A stretch of DNA of 64,000 nucleotides from Alphaproteobacteria bacterium (GCA_965261735.1 OZ253470.1:704001-768000), one strand, 5' to 3'; shown: positions 9,706-20,781, numbered from the stretch's first letter. The notes: generated by a model from the letters alone, not told the origin. A program made the numbers and translations.

Positions 9706-10719
9706 TCAGGCGGTGGCGAGCGCGGGCGGCCGCGCCCGCATCTCGCTCGGAACGCGGGCATCGAACCAGGACTTGAGCTCGGCGAGCGCGGGGTGGCTGA
9801 GATCGCGCTCGAGGTGACGCCATACGCGCGGAATCAGAGACAAGTAGCGCGGCTTTCGGTCGCGCGCATAGAGGCGGGTGAAGATGCCGATGATCTTGGT
9901 GTTGCGCTGCGCGCCGAGGATCGCGTAGGCGGTGCGGAAGGCGGCTTCCGCGGGCCCACCGATGGCGCTGCCCTCGAGGTAGCGGCGGATCATCGCCGCA
10001 GCTAACGGCGCCGGCACGTCGCGCCGCGCGTCCTCGAGCAGCGAGACGAGATCGTAGGCAGCGGGACCGACGACCGCGTCCTGAAAGTCGAGGAGACCGA
10101 CCCGCGCCACGCTGCGCCGCGCCGCCAGCCACATCAGATTGTCGGCGTGATAATCGCGCAGGCACAACACTTGGGCGCCTGCGCGTGCGAGGTCGAAGAG
10201 CGGGCACCATAGTGACTCGAACTCGCCGCGGTCGCGGTCGCGCGGCGCCGAGTCGAGCGCCGGCAAATACCAGTCGGTAAACAACAGCGCTTCCGTCATC
10301 AGGCGCGCGTCGTCGTAGGGCGGCGCGAACGCGGGCGGCACAAGTCGATGGAGCGCGAGCAGCAGATCGATGGCCGCACCGTAGAGCCGGCCCGCATCGC
10401 CACCGGCGTCGACCACCCGCGAAAACGCCGCATCGCCCAGGTCCTCGAGGAGTACCAGACCGTTCAATTCATCGGCGGCGAGCACTTTAGGCGCGCTGAG
10501 GCCGTGGCGGCGCAAGTAACGCGCAATCGCGAGGAAGGGGACCACGTCCTCGTGCGCCGGCGGCGCATCCATCAGGACGGCGCTGCGACCGGCAACGCTT
10601 AGCCTGAGATAGCGGCGGAACGAGGCGTCGCCCGCCAGCGAATCGCGCGCCGCCTCGCCCCAGCCGTGGCAGTCGAGGAACGTCTCGACCAAGTGACTGC
10701 GCTCACCCGCGGTCATCAT
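9706..10719 (-). CDS. amgK: Anomeric MurNAc/GlcNAc kinase (APH phosphotransferase family)
   Basis: LAGDASFRRY, LLEDLGD, LRDYHADNL, LDFQDA; sits in tsaE-amgK-murU order. Confidence 0.85.
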   Translation of the reverse strand: MMTAGERSHLVETFLDCHGWGEAARDSLAGDASFRRYLRLSVAGRSAVLMDAPPAHEDVVPFLAIARYLRRHGLSAPKVLAADELNGLVLLEDLGDAAFSRVVDAGGDAGRLYGAAIDLLLALHRLVPPAFAPPYDDARLMTEALLFTDWYLPALDSAPRDRDRGEFESLWCPLFDLARAGAQVLCLRDYHADNLMWLAARRSVARVGLLDFQDAVVGPAAYDLVSLLEDARRDVPAPLAAAMIRRYLEGSAIGGPAEAAFRTAYAILGAQRNTKIIGIFTRLYARDRKPRYLSLIPRVWRHLERDLSHPALAELKSWFDARVPSEMRARPPALATA

Positions 10720-11207
10720 CCCGCCTCGTCGAGCGCCCCGAGGCGCACCGACCAGTCGCCCGAGGCGCGCACGAGCGCGGTCCGTTCCGCTTCCGCCGGG
10801 CCGATCTCGAGGCGCACCTCGAGGCTCTCGGGGGGTAGCAACGAACCCAACCGCTCAGGCCACTCGATCAAGCTGATGGCGTGGGCAAAGGCCTCTTCGA
10901 TGCCGAGCTCGTAGGCCTCCTCCGGCGCTTCAAGTCGGTACAGGTCGAAGTGCCAGACCTCGGCGCCGGCAAGCGCGTAGCTCTGGGCGAGCGTAAAGGT
11001 GGGGCTCGGCACGTCTTCGTCGGCGCCTCCGAGGGCGCGGATGAAGAAGCGGGCGAAGGTGGTTTTGCCGGCGCCGACCTCGCCGCTGAGCGCTATGACG
11101 TCGCCGGTACGGGCGAGTCCGGCGAGACGCCCGGCCAGCACCTCGCTCGCCGCGAGATCGGCGAGCGCGAATACGCGCGAGGCGGGGGCCCGTGGCGGCG
11201 CCGGCAT
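10716..11207 (-). CDS. tsaE: tRNA t6A biosynthesis ATPase TsaE
   Basis: LSGEVGAGKTTFAR, VPSPTFTL, HFDLYRL, LIEWPER; start codon approximate. Confidence 0.93.
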   Translation of the reverse strand: MPAPPRAPASRVFALADLAASEVLAGRLAGLARTGDVIALSGEVGAGKTTFARFFIRALGGADEDVPSPTFTLAQSYALAGAEVWHFDLYRLEAPEEAYELGIEEAFAHAISLIEWPERLGSLLPPESLEVRLEIGPAEAERTALVRASGDWSVRLGALDEAG

Positions 11208-11310
11208 GGCGTTGTTGTAGCGCGGCCGACCGGGGCCCCGCAACCGAGCCGGCCCGGACGCCTTGATAAAGAGGCCGCACACGGCCATGTTACGCGCACC
11301 CTCGACGGTC

Positions 11311-12333
11311 ATGAAGACACCCGATCACGCCACCGACATAGCGATCATCGGCGCCGGCCCGGTCGGGCTGTTCACGGTGTTCGAGGCCGGCATGCTGGGC
11401 ATGCGCTGCCATGTCATCGACGCGCTCGATGCGCGCGGCGGGCAATGCTACGCGCTCTATCCGCAAAAGCCGATCTACGACATCCCCGGCATCGTCCGCA
11501 TCGACGCGCTCGACCTCGTCGACCAGCTCGCCGATCAGGCCGCCCCCTTTGCGCCCGTCTACCACCTCGGGCAGCAGGTCACGACGCTCACTCGAACCGA
11601 CACCGGACGCTGGCGCATCGCTACGACCTCGGGCCTCGAGGTCGAGGCGGCGGCCGTGGTCCTGGCCGCCGGAGTGGGCGCCTTCGGTCCCAACCGGCCG
11701 CCGCTCGAGGGGCTCGCCGAGTTCGAGGGCAAGAGCGTGTTCTACATGGTACGCTGGCGCGAAGACCTGGCCGGCAAGAGAGTAGTGATCGCCGGCGGCG
11801 GCGATTCGGCTCTCGATTGGGCCTTGGACCTGGTCGGCCATGCGGCCCATGTCGCTCTCGTCCACCGCCGCCGCAAGTTCCGCGCCGCCCCGCACAGCGA
11901 GCGCCGGCTCTCGGAGCTCGCGCGCGACGGCGACCTCGAGCTCGTCGTGCCCTGTCAACTGGTCGGCCTGGAGGGGCGCGACGGGGTGTTGGAGGCGGTG
12001 CGCGTGTCCACCCTCGACGGCGAGGAGCGGCGGCTCGCGGCGGACGTGCTCCTCGCCTTCTACGGTCTGGCGATGAACCTGGGCCCGATCAGCGAATGGG
12101 GGCTTGCGCTCGAGCGCAGCCACATCACCGTCGATGCGGCCACCTGTGCGACGAATCTGCCGGGCATTTTCGCCGTCGGCGACATCGTCACCTACCCGGG
12201 CAAGCTGAAGCTGATTCTGACCGGGTTCGCCGAGGCCGCGATCGCGGTGCGCTCCGCTTATGCCCTTGTCTACCCCGGCCGCGCGCTGCACTTCGAGTAC
12301 TCGACCCACACCGGCGTGCCGGGGCGCGAGTAG
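11311..12333 (+). CDS. Ferredoxin--NADP+ reductase, thioredoxin-reductase-like type (no CXXC)
   Basis: IIGAGPVG, GGQCYALYPQKPIYDIPG, GGGDSALDW, YPGKLKLILTGFAE. Confidence 0.88.
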   Translation: MKTPDHATDIAIIGAGPVGLFTVFEAGMLGMRCHVIDALDARGGQCYALYPQKPIYDIPGIVRIDALDLVDQLADQAAPFAPVYHLGQQVTTLTRTDTGRWRIATTSGLEVEAAAVVLAAGVGAFGPNRPPLEGLAEFEGKSVFYMVRWREDLAGKRVVIAGGGDSALDWALDLVGHAAHVALVHRRRKFRAAPHSERRLSELARDGDLELVVPCQLVGLEGRDGVLEAVRVSTLDGEERRLAADVLLAFYGLAMNLGPISEWGLALERSHITVDAATCATNLPGIFAVGDIVTYPGKLKLILTGFAEAAIAVRSAYALVYPGRALHFEYSTHTGVPGRE

Positions 12334-13672
12334 GTTTCGCCCCCCCCCCCCGGGGCCGCGAGACGCCCGGCTAGGCCTGGGCCAGGGCCGTCGAGGGCGG
12401 CGACAGGCTCGCCTCGTCGCGGACGGGGAGACGGCAGGTCACGCGCGTGCCTCGGCCCGGCTCGGACTCGAGATCGACGCTGCCGCCGTGCAATTCGATG
12501 AAGCTCTTGACGAGCGACAGCCCGAGCCCCGGGCTCGGGTTGCGACCACCGCCGCGCCCGCCCTTGTGGAACCTGTCGAACACCCGAGACTGCTCGCCTG
12601 CGGCGATGCCGACGCCGGTGTCGGCGACCCACAGGGGCGACCTCGGCGCCGTCGCGACGGGCGCCGAGTGCCACGGTGCCGCCGGCGGGCGTGAACCGCA
12701 AAGCATTGCTGACGAGGTTGAATAGGACCTGCTTGATCCGGCGCTCGTCGGCATCGAGGCGGCCGATGTCGCGCGGGCAGTCGAACTCCAGCGTCACCTT
12801 GCGCCGCAGGGAGCGCTCACGAGCGAGCCCGAGCACGCTCGTCAGCATCGGCTGAATCTCGAAGGGGTGGGTCTCGAGCACCATGCGTCCGGCCTTGATC
12901 ATCGCCAGATCGAGGATGTCGTTGATCAACGTCAGTAGGTGTTACGAAGATTCGAGGACGCCCGTGTTGTACTCCCGCTGCCGGTCGGTCAAGGGGCCGA
13001 AATACGCGTCGCGCAGGATCTCGCTGAAGCCGATGATGGTGTTGAGCGGTGTCCTGAGCTGGTGCGAGACGTTGGCGATGAACTCCGACTTGAGCTTGTC
13101 GGCGGCCTCCAGCGCCTCGGTCCGGTCGCGCAGCGCACGCTCGACGTGAGTGCTGTCGGTTACGTCGAGGTAGGTGAACAGCATGCCGCCGTCGGGCAGC
13201 GGCGCGCTGGCATAGTCGAGCACGAGGCCGTCCGGCCGCTCGACGCGCGCGAAGCGGGGCTCGCGTTCAAGCGTGTGGGCGATGATGCGCGCTCGACGCG
13301 CCTGCCAATCTTCGTCCACGTCGAGCAGCGCACGCCCCCTATCGACCACGTCCGACACGTGCGGTCGGGTGTCGAGATAGCTCGGGTCGAGCTGCCAGAT
13401 CTGCGCAAAGACCGGATTGAACAGCTTGAGCCGCCCGTCGCTGCCGAACACCGCGATACCCTGCGAGAGGTGATCGATGGTCGCGCGCTGGACGGCGACC
13501 AGGGTGTTGCGCGCTCGTTCGAGCTCGAGCCGGTCGCTCACGTCCTCGTAGAAGAACAGCAAACCACCGTAAGCGTGCGGTGTCGTGACGGCACGCAGCG
13601 TGGTGCCGTCCGGGAGATGCAGCAGCTCCTCGCGCGAGTCGATCAGCGTCGTGTAGAGGTCGAAGATCGATT

Positions 13673-14777
13673 CTTGCCTATCCGGTTTACACCCACACCC
13701 ACTAGGGCTAGAATGGGCGCAACCCGGATATAGGGGAGCGCGCCATGGATGTTCTCGACCGCGCCGATCTCCCATTCCCGCATTCGCTACCCGAGTTCCA
13801 GCGACTTTTCCCCGATGATGCGGCCTGCGCCGCCTACCTGGAGAAAGCCCGCTGGGGAGACGGCTTTGCCTGCCCGCACTGCGGCACGGCGGGAGAGCCG
13901 TTCCACTTTGAAAACCGCCCTGGCGTCCTGCGCTGCCGCAAGTGCCGCCAGAACACCGGGCTGACGGTGGGAACAGTGATGGAGCGTAGCCACACTCCGC
14001 TGAACGTCTGGTTCTGGGCCGCTTATCTGGTCGCCAGTCAGACGCCCGGCATGTCCGCCGTGCAGTTTCAGCGGCAACTTGGTCTTTCGCGCTACGAGAC
14101 GGCCTTTCAAATTCTCCACAAGCTCCGCTCGGGCATGGTGCGGCCCAACCAAGACAGGATCGGTGGACAGCCCAAGAACCATGTTGAGGTGGACGAAACC
14201 TGGGTTGGCGGGCGAACGCGTGGGGAAGGCCGTGGTGTTCACCACAAGGTTCCCGTCTCCTGTACCATCGAGGTGCGTCATCGAAAGCCGGGCACCAAGC
14301 TCGACAACCGGAAAGACGGACGCTATGCCGGACGCGTTCGGCTCGCCGTCGTGCTCGACCGTAGCGCCGAGTCGCTCTGTGGGTTCGTCGAGAGCACCGT
14401 CGCGCCGCGATCGCTGATCGTTACTGACGATTGGAGCGGCTATGCTGGCCTCGGTAAGCGCGGCTATGAGCACTTCGCTGTTGCCGAGTGTGGTGATCCA
14501 GAGGTTGCCGAGCAATACCTGCCGATCATCCATCTGGTTTTCGCCAACCTGAAGACGTGGCTGATCGGTATCCACCACGGCGTTAGCCACCAGCACCTAC
14601 AAGCCTACCTCAACGAGTTCACCTTCCGCTTCAACAGGCGGTTCTACCCGTTCAACGCCTTCCGCTCATTGCTCGGCATCGCGGGCGACACCTCTGCTCC
14701 AACCTATGCCGAGCTTTACTCGGGAGAGTGGCGGCACCCTACATGTAGCGGTCATGGGCGTTAACCGGATAGGCAAG
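13673..14777 (+). mobile_element. IS1595-family insertion sequence, copy 2, 1105 bp
   Basis: Same 15-bp IRs as copy 1; 8-bp target duplication GATCGATT at 13665-13672 and 14778-14785. Confidence 0.95.
13745..14764 (+). CDS. IS1595-family transposase, apparently intact
   Basis: 339 aa; CPHC/CRKC ribbon, [22 protein letters not shown]. Confidence 0.95.
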   Translation: MDVLDRADLPFPHSLPEFQRLFPDDAACAAYLEKARWGDGFACPHCGTAGEPFHFENRPGVLRCRKCRQNTGLTVGTVMERSHTPLNVWFWAAYLVASQTPGMSAVQFQRQLGLSRYETAFQILHKLRSGMVRPNQDRIGGQPKNHVEVDETWVGGRTRGEGRGVHHKVPVSCTIEVRHRKPGTKLDNRKDGRYAGRVRLAVVLDRSAESLCGFVESTVAPRSLIVTDDWSGYAGLGKRGYEHFAVAECGDPEVAEQYLPIIHLVFANLKTWLIGIHHGVSHQHLQAYLNEFTFRFNRRFYPFNAFRSLLGIAGDTSAPTYAELYSGEWRHPTCSGHGR

Positions 14778-16031
14778 GATCGATTTCTTGTAGGCCGGGA
14801 AGTCGGCTTGCTCGGGTAGCCGGCGCAGCTCCCGCATCTTCTCGAGAATATCGCCATGGTGGGGCGTGCCGCGGAGCCAGTGCTCGTCGAGCTGCCAGAG
14901 CCGCGCGTAGGCCCGGTTGTAGAACTGGAGCCGCTTGTCGGGGCCGGTGATCGCTACCGCGGTCGTCAGCGTCTCGAGAAGCGCCGCGTTGGCGTCGGTG
15001 TGGCGCATGAGTTCGGCACGCAGCGCATCGAGATCGCTGATATCGCGGGCAAAACCGATGAAGGCGGCGCCGTCCGCGACGGGGGCCTCCGTGATCTCGT
15101 AGGTGCGCAGCTCGCCGCCAACGACCACGCGCCGGGCCTCGCTCTGCGCCACGCCGCTATCGCGCGCCCGCCGCGCCAAGCGCCCCGCGGTGTCCGGCCC
15201 GGCGGTCGCCGACAGCTCGATGCCGGCGCCGGCCACGGCGGTCGCGGGGTCGGTGTCGACGAGGCGGGCGTAGGCCTGGTTGCACCAGGAGAGGGCGAGG
15301 TCGCCGTCGCGCCGCCACATCGGCAGGGGGGCGCTATCGAGCACTTCGGCGAGGCTGCGGTGCCGGTTCTCGGCCTCGGCGAGGTGATGCGCGGTGCGCG
15401 ACAGCGCCCCGGCGCCCGCGCTCACATCACGAAACCACAGGACGAAGTCCTGCCCGCCTTCGGCGCCGCCGGCGAGCGGCCCACCCTCGACCTCGAAGGT
15501 GCGGCGGCAACCGGCGTCAACGAGGGTGAGGCTGAAAGGCGCGGCGGCCTCGCCAGCGGCGAGCCGATCCATCAGGCGGGCAAACGCCTCGCGGTCGAAA
15601 TGGCGGGCTAGCTCCTCCAGCGTCGTCACGGACCCCGCGGCCACGCCGAGGAGCCGGGCGAGCTGCGGCGAGCACACCGCGCCGCTGGCGCCAACGTGGA
15701 CGTGACCGCCCGGCGCCGAGTCCACGAGGCTCGCGAGCCGGTTTTTGTCGAGGACGAGGCGGGCGGCGCGCCGGCGCTGCATGACCCACAGAGCAACGAC
15801 GGCAGCGCCGACGACGGCAAGCGCGATGGTCGGCAGCAGAGCGATGGTCGTGTCAGCGGCGGCCAACGCCGGTCCTGGCACCACCGCCGCGAGCACACCG
15901 TTGATCGCGCCGAACCCTTTAGCTGTCACCGTTGCCGCCTCCTGGCGCTCGCGTCGATCGCCTCCGGCGCCACGGCACGAGCCGAGCGGCACCCCACCGC
16001 GCACAAAACGCTATCAGCGTTAATAAAGCGT

Positions 16032-16059
16032 GAGTCGCCGGGGGAGTCGATACGGATTC
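16032..16059. promoter_or_regulatory. Cluster of three GANTC (CcrM-type) sites upstream of the divL-like gene
   Basis: GAGTC 16032-16036, GAGTC 16044-16048, GATTC 16055-16059. Confidence 0.5.
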
Positions 16060-16072
16060 ATCGGCGTGCGAC

Positions 16073-17368
16073 CTAGTAGCGGTAGTACTCGGGCTTGAAC
16101 GGGCCCTCCCCGGCGATCCCCAGATAGGCGGCCTGGTCGGGCGTGAGCGCGGTCAGCTTGACCCCGAGTTTGGCTAGGTGCAGCGCCGCGACGCGCTCGT
16201 CAAGATGCTTGGGGAGCACATAGACCTTGTGCTCGTAGTTGGTGTGGTTGCGCCAAATCTCGATCTGCGCGAGCACCTGGTTGGTGAAGGAGTTGCTCAT
16301 GACGAAGCTCGGGTGGCCAGTGGCGCAGCCTAAGTTGACGAGCCGCCCCTCGGCCAGCACGATCAAGCGCTTACCATCGGGGAACACGACCTCGTCGACC
16401 TGGGGCTTGACGTTTTCCCACACGAGGTTGCGCAGGGCCGCGATCTGGATCTCAGAGTCGAAGTGGCCGATGTTGCAGACGATGGCGCGGTCCTTCATGA
16501 GGCGCATGTGCTCGATGGTGACGACGTCGATGTTGCCCGTCGCGGTGACGAAGATGTCGCCGGCCGGCGCCGCCTCCTCCATGGTCGTCACCTCGAAGCC
16601 CTCCATCGCCGCCTGCAGCGCGCAGATGGGATCGATCTCCGTGATCAGGACCCGGCACCCGTGGCCCTTGAGCGCCGCCGCCGAGCCCTTGCCGACGTCG
16701 CCGTAGCCGCACACCACCGCGATCTTGCCCGCGAGCATGACATCGGTCGCCCGCTTGATGCCGTCGACCAGGCTCTCGCGGCACCCGTAGAGGTTGTCGA
16801 ACTTCGACTTGGTCACCGAGTCGTTGACGTTGAAGGCAACCGTCTTGAGGGCGCCGGCCCTCGCCATTTCGTAGAGCCGATGCACGCCGGTGGTCGTCTC
16901 TTCGGATAGTCCCCTCACCTGCGACAGCAGCTCGGGGTACTTCTCGTGCATGACCTTGGTGAGGTCACCGCCGTCATCGAGCAGCATGTTCGGGCGCCAG
17001 CCGTCGGGCCCGACGATGGTCTGGTCGATCGCCGTCCAGAATTCCTCCTCGGACATGCCTTTCCAGGCGAATACCGGAACCTCGACCGCGGCGACAGCGG
17101 CGGCCGCATGGTCCTGGGTCGAGAAGATATTGCACGAGCTCCAGCGCAGCTCGGCGCCGAGCGCACGCAGGGTCTCGATAAGGACCGCCGTCTGGATGGT
17201 CATGTGCAAGCAGCCGGCGATGCGCGCCCCGGCGAGCGGGGCCTGCGGCCCGTACTCCTCGCGCAGCGCCATCAGGCCCGGCATTTCGCCTTCGGCGATC
17301 GAGATTTCCTTGCGCCCCCATTCCGCGAGGCCGATATCGGCGACCTGATAGTCCTTGAACGCGCTCAT
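16073..17368 (-). CDS. ahcY: Adenosylhomocysteinase
   Basis: [62 protein letters not shown]; GGAGG RBS before MSAFKDY. Confidence 0.98.
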   Translation of the reverse strand: MSAFKDYQVADIGLAEWGRKEISIAEGEMPGLMALREEYGPQAPLAGARIAGCLHMTIQTAVLIETLRALGAELRWSSCNIFSTQDHAAAAVAAVEVPVFAWKGMSEEEFWTAIDQTIVGPDGWRPNMLLDDGGDLTKVMHEKYPELLSQVRGLSEETTTGVHRLYEMARAGALKTVAFNVNDSVTKSKFDNLYGCRESLVDGIKRATDVMLAGKIAVVCGYGDVGKGSAAALKGHGCRVLITEIDPICALQAAMEGFEVTTMEEAAPAGDIFVTATGNIDVVTIEHMRLMKDRAIVCNIGHFDSEIQIAALRNLVWENVKPQVDEVVFPDGKRLIVLAEGRLVNLGCATGHPSFVMSNSFTNQVLAQIEIWRNHTNYEHKVYVLPKHLDERVAALHLAKLGVKLTALTPDQAAYLGIAGEGPFKPEYYRY

Positions 17369-17442
17369 CAAGCCTCCTCTCGTCCGCTGCTCACCGACAT
17401 CGTGTTGTCGAAGAGATGCGGGCATGTCGTAAGGGCGCTGGC

Positions 17443-17471
17443 TGTATAGCAGCGCCACCCCCCACCCTCAA
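17443..17471 (-). promoter_or_regulatory. Putative sigma70 promoter of ahcY, TTGAGG-N17-TATACA
   Basis: Minus-strand CTTGAGG...CTATACA with 17-bp spacer in the rapZ-ahcY gap. Confidence 0.5.
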
Positions 17472-17544
17472 GACCACAAGGAGCCACCTTGCCGGTTCAA
17501 GGTTAAGAAAGCTCGCGCGCGCCCGAGCGGACCGCGCATGCCGA

Positions 17545-18429
17545 TCACGCGCGCGCACCGATGTCGCGATGGCGGACGTCGACGGGTCGGCCCTCGCCTT
17601 CGAGGAGAGCCGCGAAGCGCCGCGCGACGTACACCGAACGGTGGCGCCCTCCGGTGCAGCCGAACGCGAGCGTCAGGTACGTCTTGCCCTCACGCGCATA
17701 GTGCGGCAGCAGCGAAACAATCAGGGCGGCCAGGCGATCGAAGAAGGGCGTAAAGCGGGCGTCGGCCGCGATGTACTCACCCACCTCGTCGTCGAGGCCG
17801 GTCAAGGGGCGTAGCCGCTCTTCATAGTGCGGGTTGGCGAGGAAGCGAACGTCAATGACCAGATCGGCCTCGCGTGGCACGCCGCGGCCATAGGCGAAGG
17901 AGATGACGGAAGTCGTCATCTGCGGACTCTCCTTCAGCCGGAAGTGGCCGCCGAGAAGATCGCGCAACATGGCCGTCGTGAGGTCGGTGGTGTCCACCAC
18001 CAGCTCGCTGCTATCGCGCAAACCGGCGAGCAGCTGGCGCTCGTGGCGAATGCCGTCGATGAGCGGGCGGTCCTCCGCGAGGGGATGGCGGCGGCGCGTC
18101 TCGGTGAAGCGTCGGCGCAAGACCTCATCGTCGCAGTCGAAGAACACGAGCGTGAGCGTGAGGTCGTCTCGGGCCCTGAGAGCGGCGATTTCGGCGATCA
18201 GCGTATCGGGACGAAAGCCACGCGTGCGGATATCGGCGTCGACCGCGAGCGCGCTGCCGGCCTCGAGCCCGCCCTCGCCACCGCGATGCAGAAGCCGGCC
18301 GAGCAGCGACAGCGGCAGGTTGTCGATGGCCTCGTAGCCCAGGTCTTCGAGCACGGCGAGCGCCGCCGAGCGGCCAGCACCCGACACCCCCGTGACCAGC
18401 AGGATTCGCGCGCGCTTGTCCGCGCTCAT
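17545..18429 (-). CDS. rapZ: RNase adapter RapZ (YhbJ/YvcJ family)
   Basis: TGVSGAGRS, IDNLP, FTETRRRHPL, DVRFLANPHY, GCTGGRHRSV. Confidence 0.95.
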   Translation of the reverse strand: MSADKRARILLVTGVSGAGRSAALAVLEDLGYEAIDNLPLSLLGRLLHRGGEGGLEAGSALAVDADIRTRGFRPDTLIAEIAALRARDDLTLTLVFFDCDDEVLRRRFTETRRRHPLAEDRPLIDGIRHERQLLAGLRDSSELVVDTTDLTTAMLRDLLGGHFRLKESPQMTTSVISFAYGRGVPREADLVIDVRFLANPHYEERLRPLTGLDDEVGEYIAADARFTPFFDRLAALIVSLLPHYAREGKTYLTLAFGCTGGRHRSVYVARRFAALLEGEGRPVDVRHRDIGARA

Positions 18430-20105
18430 GCCGGCAGCCGAACGGTGAAGCGGGCGCCGAGGACGCGGCCCCCGGGGTCGCGAACGTTGGCGGCGCGAAT
18501 GGTTCCGCCATGGGCCTCGACGATCTGGCGCGAGATGCTGAGGCCGAGTCCGGAATGAACCCCGAACGCCTCGCCCGCCGGCCGTGCCGTGTAGAAGCGA
18601 TTGAACACCGCTTCGAGGTCGCTCTCGGGCACGCCCGGCCCCTCGTCCTCGACCTCGATCTCGACCATGCGTTGCCCCGCCGAGGCCGTGAGGCGGATGG
18701 TGCCGCCGGCCGGGCTGAAGGAGACAGCGTTGCCCACAAGGTTGCGCACCACCTGGCCGATGCGGTCGGCGAGGCCGGCGACGACCAGCCGATCGCGATC
18801 GCGCACGGCGAGCTCGAGCTTGCTCCCGCCGAGCTCCGACGTCGCCTGGTAGGCTTCCGCCAGCCCCTCTATGAGCGCCGCGACATCAACCTCGGCAAAG
18901 GCCGCCCGCGATAGCTCGGCGTCGAGCCGCGAGGCGTCGGCGATGTCCGTGATCAGGCGGTCGAGGCGCCCGACGTCTTCGAGCATGATGGCGGCGAGGC
19001 GCTCGCGCTGCTCGGGCTCGCTCGTGCGAGCGAAGGCCTCGACGGCGCTGCGCACCGAGCTCAGCGGGTTCTTGATTTCGTGAGCGACGTCGGCGGCGAA
19101 GGCCTCGATGGCGTCGAGCCGGCCATAGAGGGCCGAGGTCATGTCGCGGAGCGAGCGCGACAGATCGCCGATCTCGTCGCGGCGGGCCGTGAAATCGGGA
19201 ATGTCGACGTAACGGCCGTGGCCGCTACGCACCCGATCAGCCGCCTGTGCGAGCCGGCGTACCGGTCGCGTGATGGTGCCGGCCAGGAACAGCGACAGCA
19301 ATACGGTGACCGCCAGCGCCGCGGCGAAGACCTGGAGGATGGCGAGCCGTTGGGCGCGGACGCTTTCGTCGATGTCGGCGGTATCGGCCGACAGCATCAG
19401 TGCCCCCAGCACCTTCTTGAATTTCTGCACGGGGAGAGCGACGCTGAGGATCACCATACCGTCGGCGGCGACGCGCCGTGCGGCGCTCGTCGCGCCGCCG
19501 AGGGCGCGGACGACCTCCGCATAATCATTCGCGTTCTGCGTCTCGGCCTCGCGGTAGGGCGGGAGGTCGGGCTGCAGTGGAAGCCGTTCGAGGACCGCGT
19601 CGTAGAACGTGTTGAGCGCGCGTTTCGCCCACCCATATTGCTCGGGTGGCGGCAGCGCGCGGCTCAACACGTCGCGCCGGGCCGCCGCGAGCCGGCGGCT
19701 GTCGACGGCGAGTCCGCCGGCGGGCAGGAACAGGCGCGCCCGCGTACCCGTGGGCAGCACGAGCCGGGGAACGAGCCGCCTGGCGCGCTCGATATCGAGC
19801 TCGATACGGGCCGGCGCGCCGCTGACCGCCTCTTCACCAATCGCACCGGCGATGATTTCCGCCTGCGTAGCGAGCGCCGCGGTCTTCACCGCCAGCAGAC
19901 CGGCGCGGTATTGGTCGAGGTGGAGCAGGCCGCCGACAAGGATAGCCAGCGCGAGCGCGTTGACCGCGAGGATGCGCCAGGTCAACGGCGACACCCGCCG
20001 CGGCCTACGCAGGCGCAACTCGGGATTCGCGACCAGGCGCGGCCCGGCGATGAGCCCGCTGTTCGCGCCGCTACGCTTTGAGGGGGTCAGCGTAGCGGTA
20101 GCCAA
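18426..20105 (-). CDS. chvG: Sensor histidine kinase ChvG/ExoS (start uncertain)
   Basis: [64 protein letters not shown]; downstream of chvI. Confidence 0.92.
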   Translation of the reverse strand: MATATLTPSKRSGANSGLIAGPRLVANPELRLRRPRRVSPLTWRILAVNALALAILVGGLLHLDQYRAGLLAVKTAALATQAEIIAGAIGEEAVSGAPARIELDIERARRLVPRLVLPTGTRARLFLPAGGLAVDSRRLAAARRDVLSRALPPPEQYGWAKRALNTFYDAVLERLPLQPDLPPYREAETQNANDYAEVVRALGGATSAARRVAADGMVILSVALPVQKFKKVLGALMLSADTADIDESVRAQRLAILQVFAAALAVTVLLSLFLAGTITRPVRRLAQAADRVRSGHGRYVDIPDFTARRDEIGDLSRSLRDMTSALYGRLDAIEAFAADVAHEIKNPLSSVRSAVEAFARTSEPEQRERLAAIMLEDVGRLDRLITDIADASRLDAELSRAAFAEVDVAALIEGLAEAYQATSELGGSKLELAVRDRDRLVVAGLADRIGQVVRNLVGNAVSFSPAGGTIRLTASAGQRMVEIEVEDEGPGVPESDLEAVFNRFYTARPAGEAFGVHSGLGLSISRQIVEAHGGTIRAANVRDPGGRVLGARFTVRLPA

Positions 20106-20781
20106 GGCCGTACAGGGTCTCGATATGGGCGAATCCGTCGTCGACCGCCTTGAACTTCTTGCGCAGGCGCTTGACGTGGCTGTCGATGGTGCGGTCGTCG
20201 ACATAGACGTGTTCGTCGTAAGCGGCGTCCATGAGCTGATCGCGGCTCTTGACGTGGCCGGGCCGCGTCGCCAACGCCCACAGGATGAGAAACTCGGTGA
20301 CCGTCAGATCGACGCTGCGGCCGCACCACGAGCACATGTGACGGCCCGGGTCGAGCACGAGATCGCCGCGCGATATGGCCTCGCGCCCGCGCTCCTCGGC
20401 GGGGCTCCCGGCACGCAAGTCGGCGCGCCTTAGCACGGCCCGAATGCGCTCGATCAGCAGGCGCTGCGAGAAGGGCTTTCGAATATAGTCGTCGGCGCCC
20501 ATCTTCAGGCCCAGCATCTCGTCGATCTCTTCATCCTTCGAGGTCAGGAAGATGGCGGGAATCTCGCTGTGCCGGCGCAGCCGGCTGAGAAGCTCCATGC
20601 CATCCATGTGCGGCATCTTGATATCGATGACGACGAGATCGGCGGGCTGATCCGCGAGCCCGCACAACGCCGCGGTACCGTCGGCGTAGGTATGCACGCG
20701 AAACCCCTCGGCCTCGAGCGCGATCGACACCGAGGCCAGGATGTTGCGGTCATCATCGACAAGCGCGATCGTGCTCGTCAC
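20071..20781 (-). CDS. chvI: Response regulator ChvI
   Basis: [56 protein letters not shown]. Confidence 0.96.
   Translation of the reverse strand: MTSTIALVDDDRNILASVSIALEAEGFRVHTYADGTAALCGLADQPADLVVIDIKMPHMDGMELLSRLRRHSEIPAIFLTSKDEEIDEMLGLKMGADDYIRKPFSQRLLIERIRAVLRRADLRAGSPAEERGREAISRGDLVLDPGRHMCSWCGRSVDLTVTEFLILWALATRPGHVKSRDQLMDAAYDEHVYVDDRTIDSHVKRLRKKFKAVDDGFAHIETLYGLGYRYADPLKA

Larger units (their letters stand above)
12371..15929 (-). pseudogene. DivL-like multi-PAS sensor histidine kinase, inactivated (IS insertion, nonsense, frameshift)
   Basis: GTG start at 15929 with GGAGG RBS; PAS repeats; H-box SHQLRTPLN; HATPase N/G boxes. Removing the IS restores KKSIFDLYT. In-frame TAA at 12942-12944; +1 frameshift near 12634-12637. 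Position between ahcY and tsaE matches alphaproteobacterial divL. Confidence 0.85.

Noticed and set aside
12340-12351. C12 tract as a phase-variation switch
   Set aside because: It lies between two convergent stop codons, outside any coding or promoter sequence.
1366-14777. Composite transposon bounded by IS copies 1 and 2
   Set aside because: Each copy has its own distinct 8-bp target duplication and the enclosed genes are core and syntenic, so these are independent insertions.
17369-17544. SAH or SAM-SAH riboswitch upstream of ahcY
   Set aside because: No GAGGAGCG...AGGCUC / GCGCU pseudoknot core is visible; the region is explained by a simple promoter and RBS.
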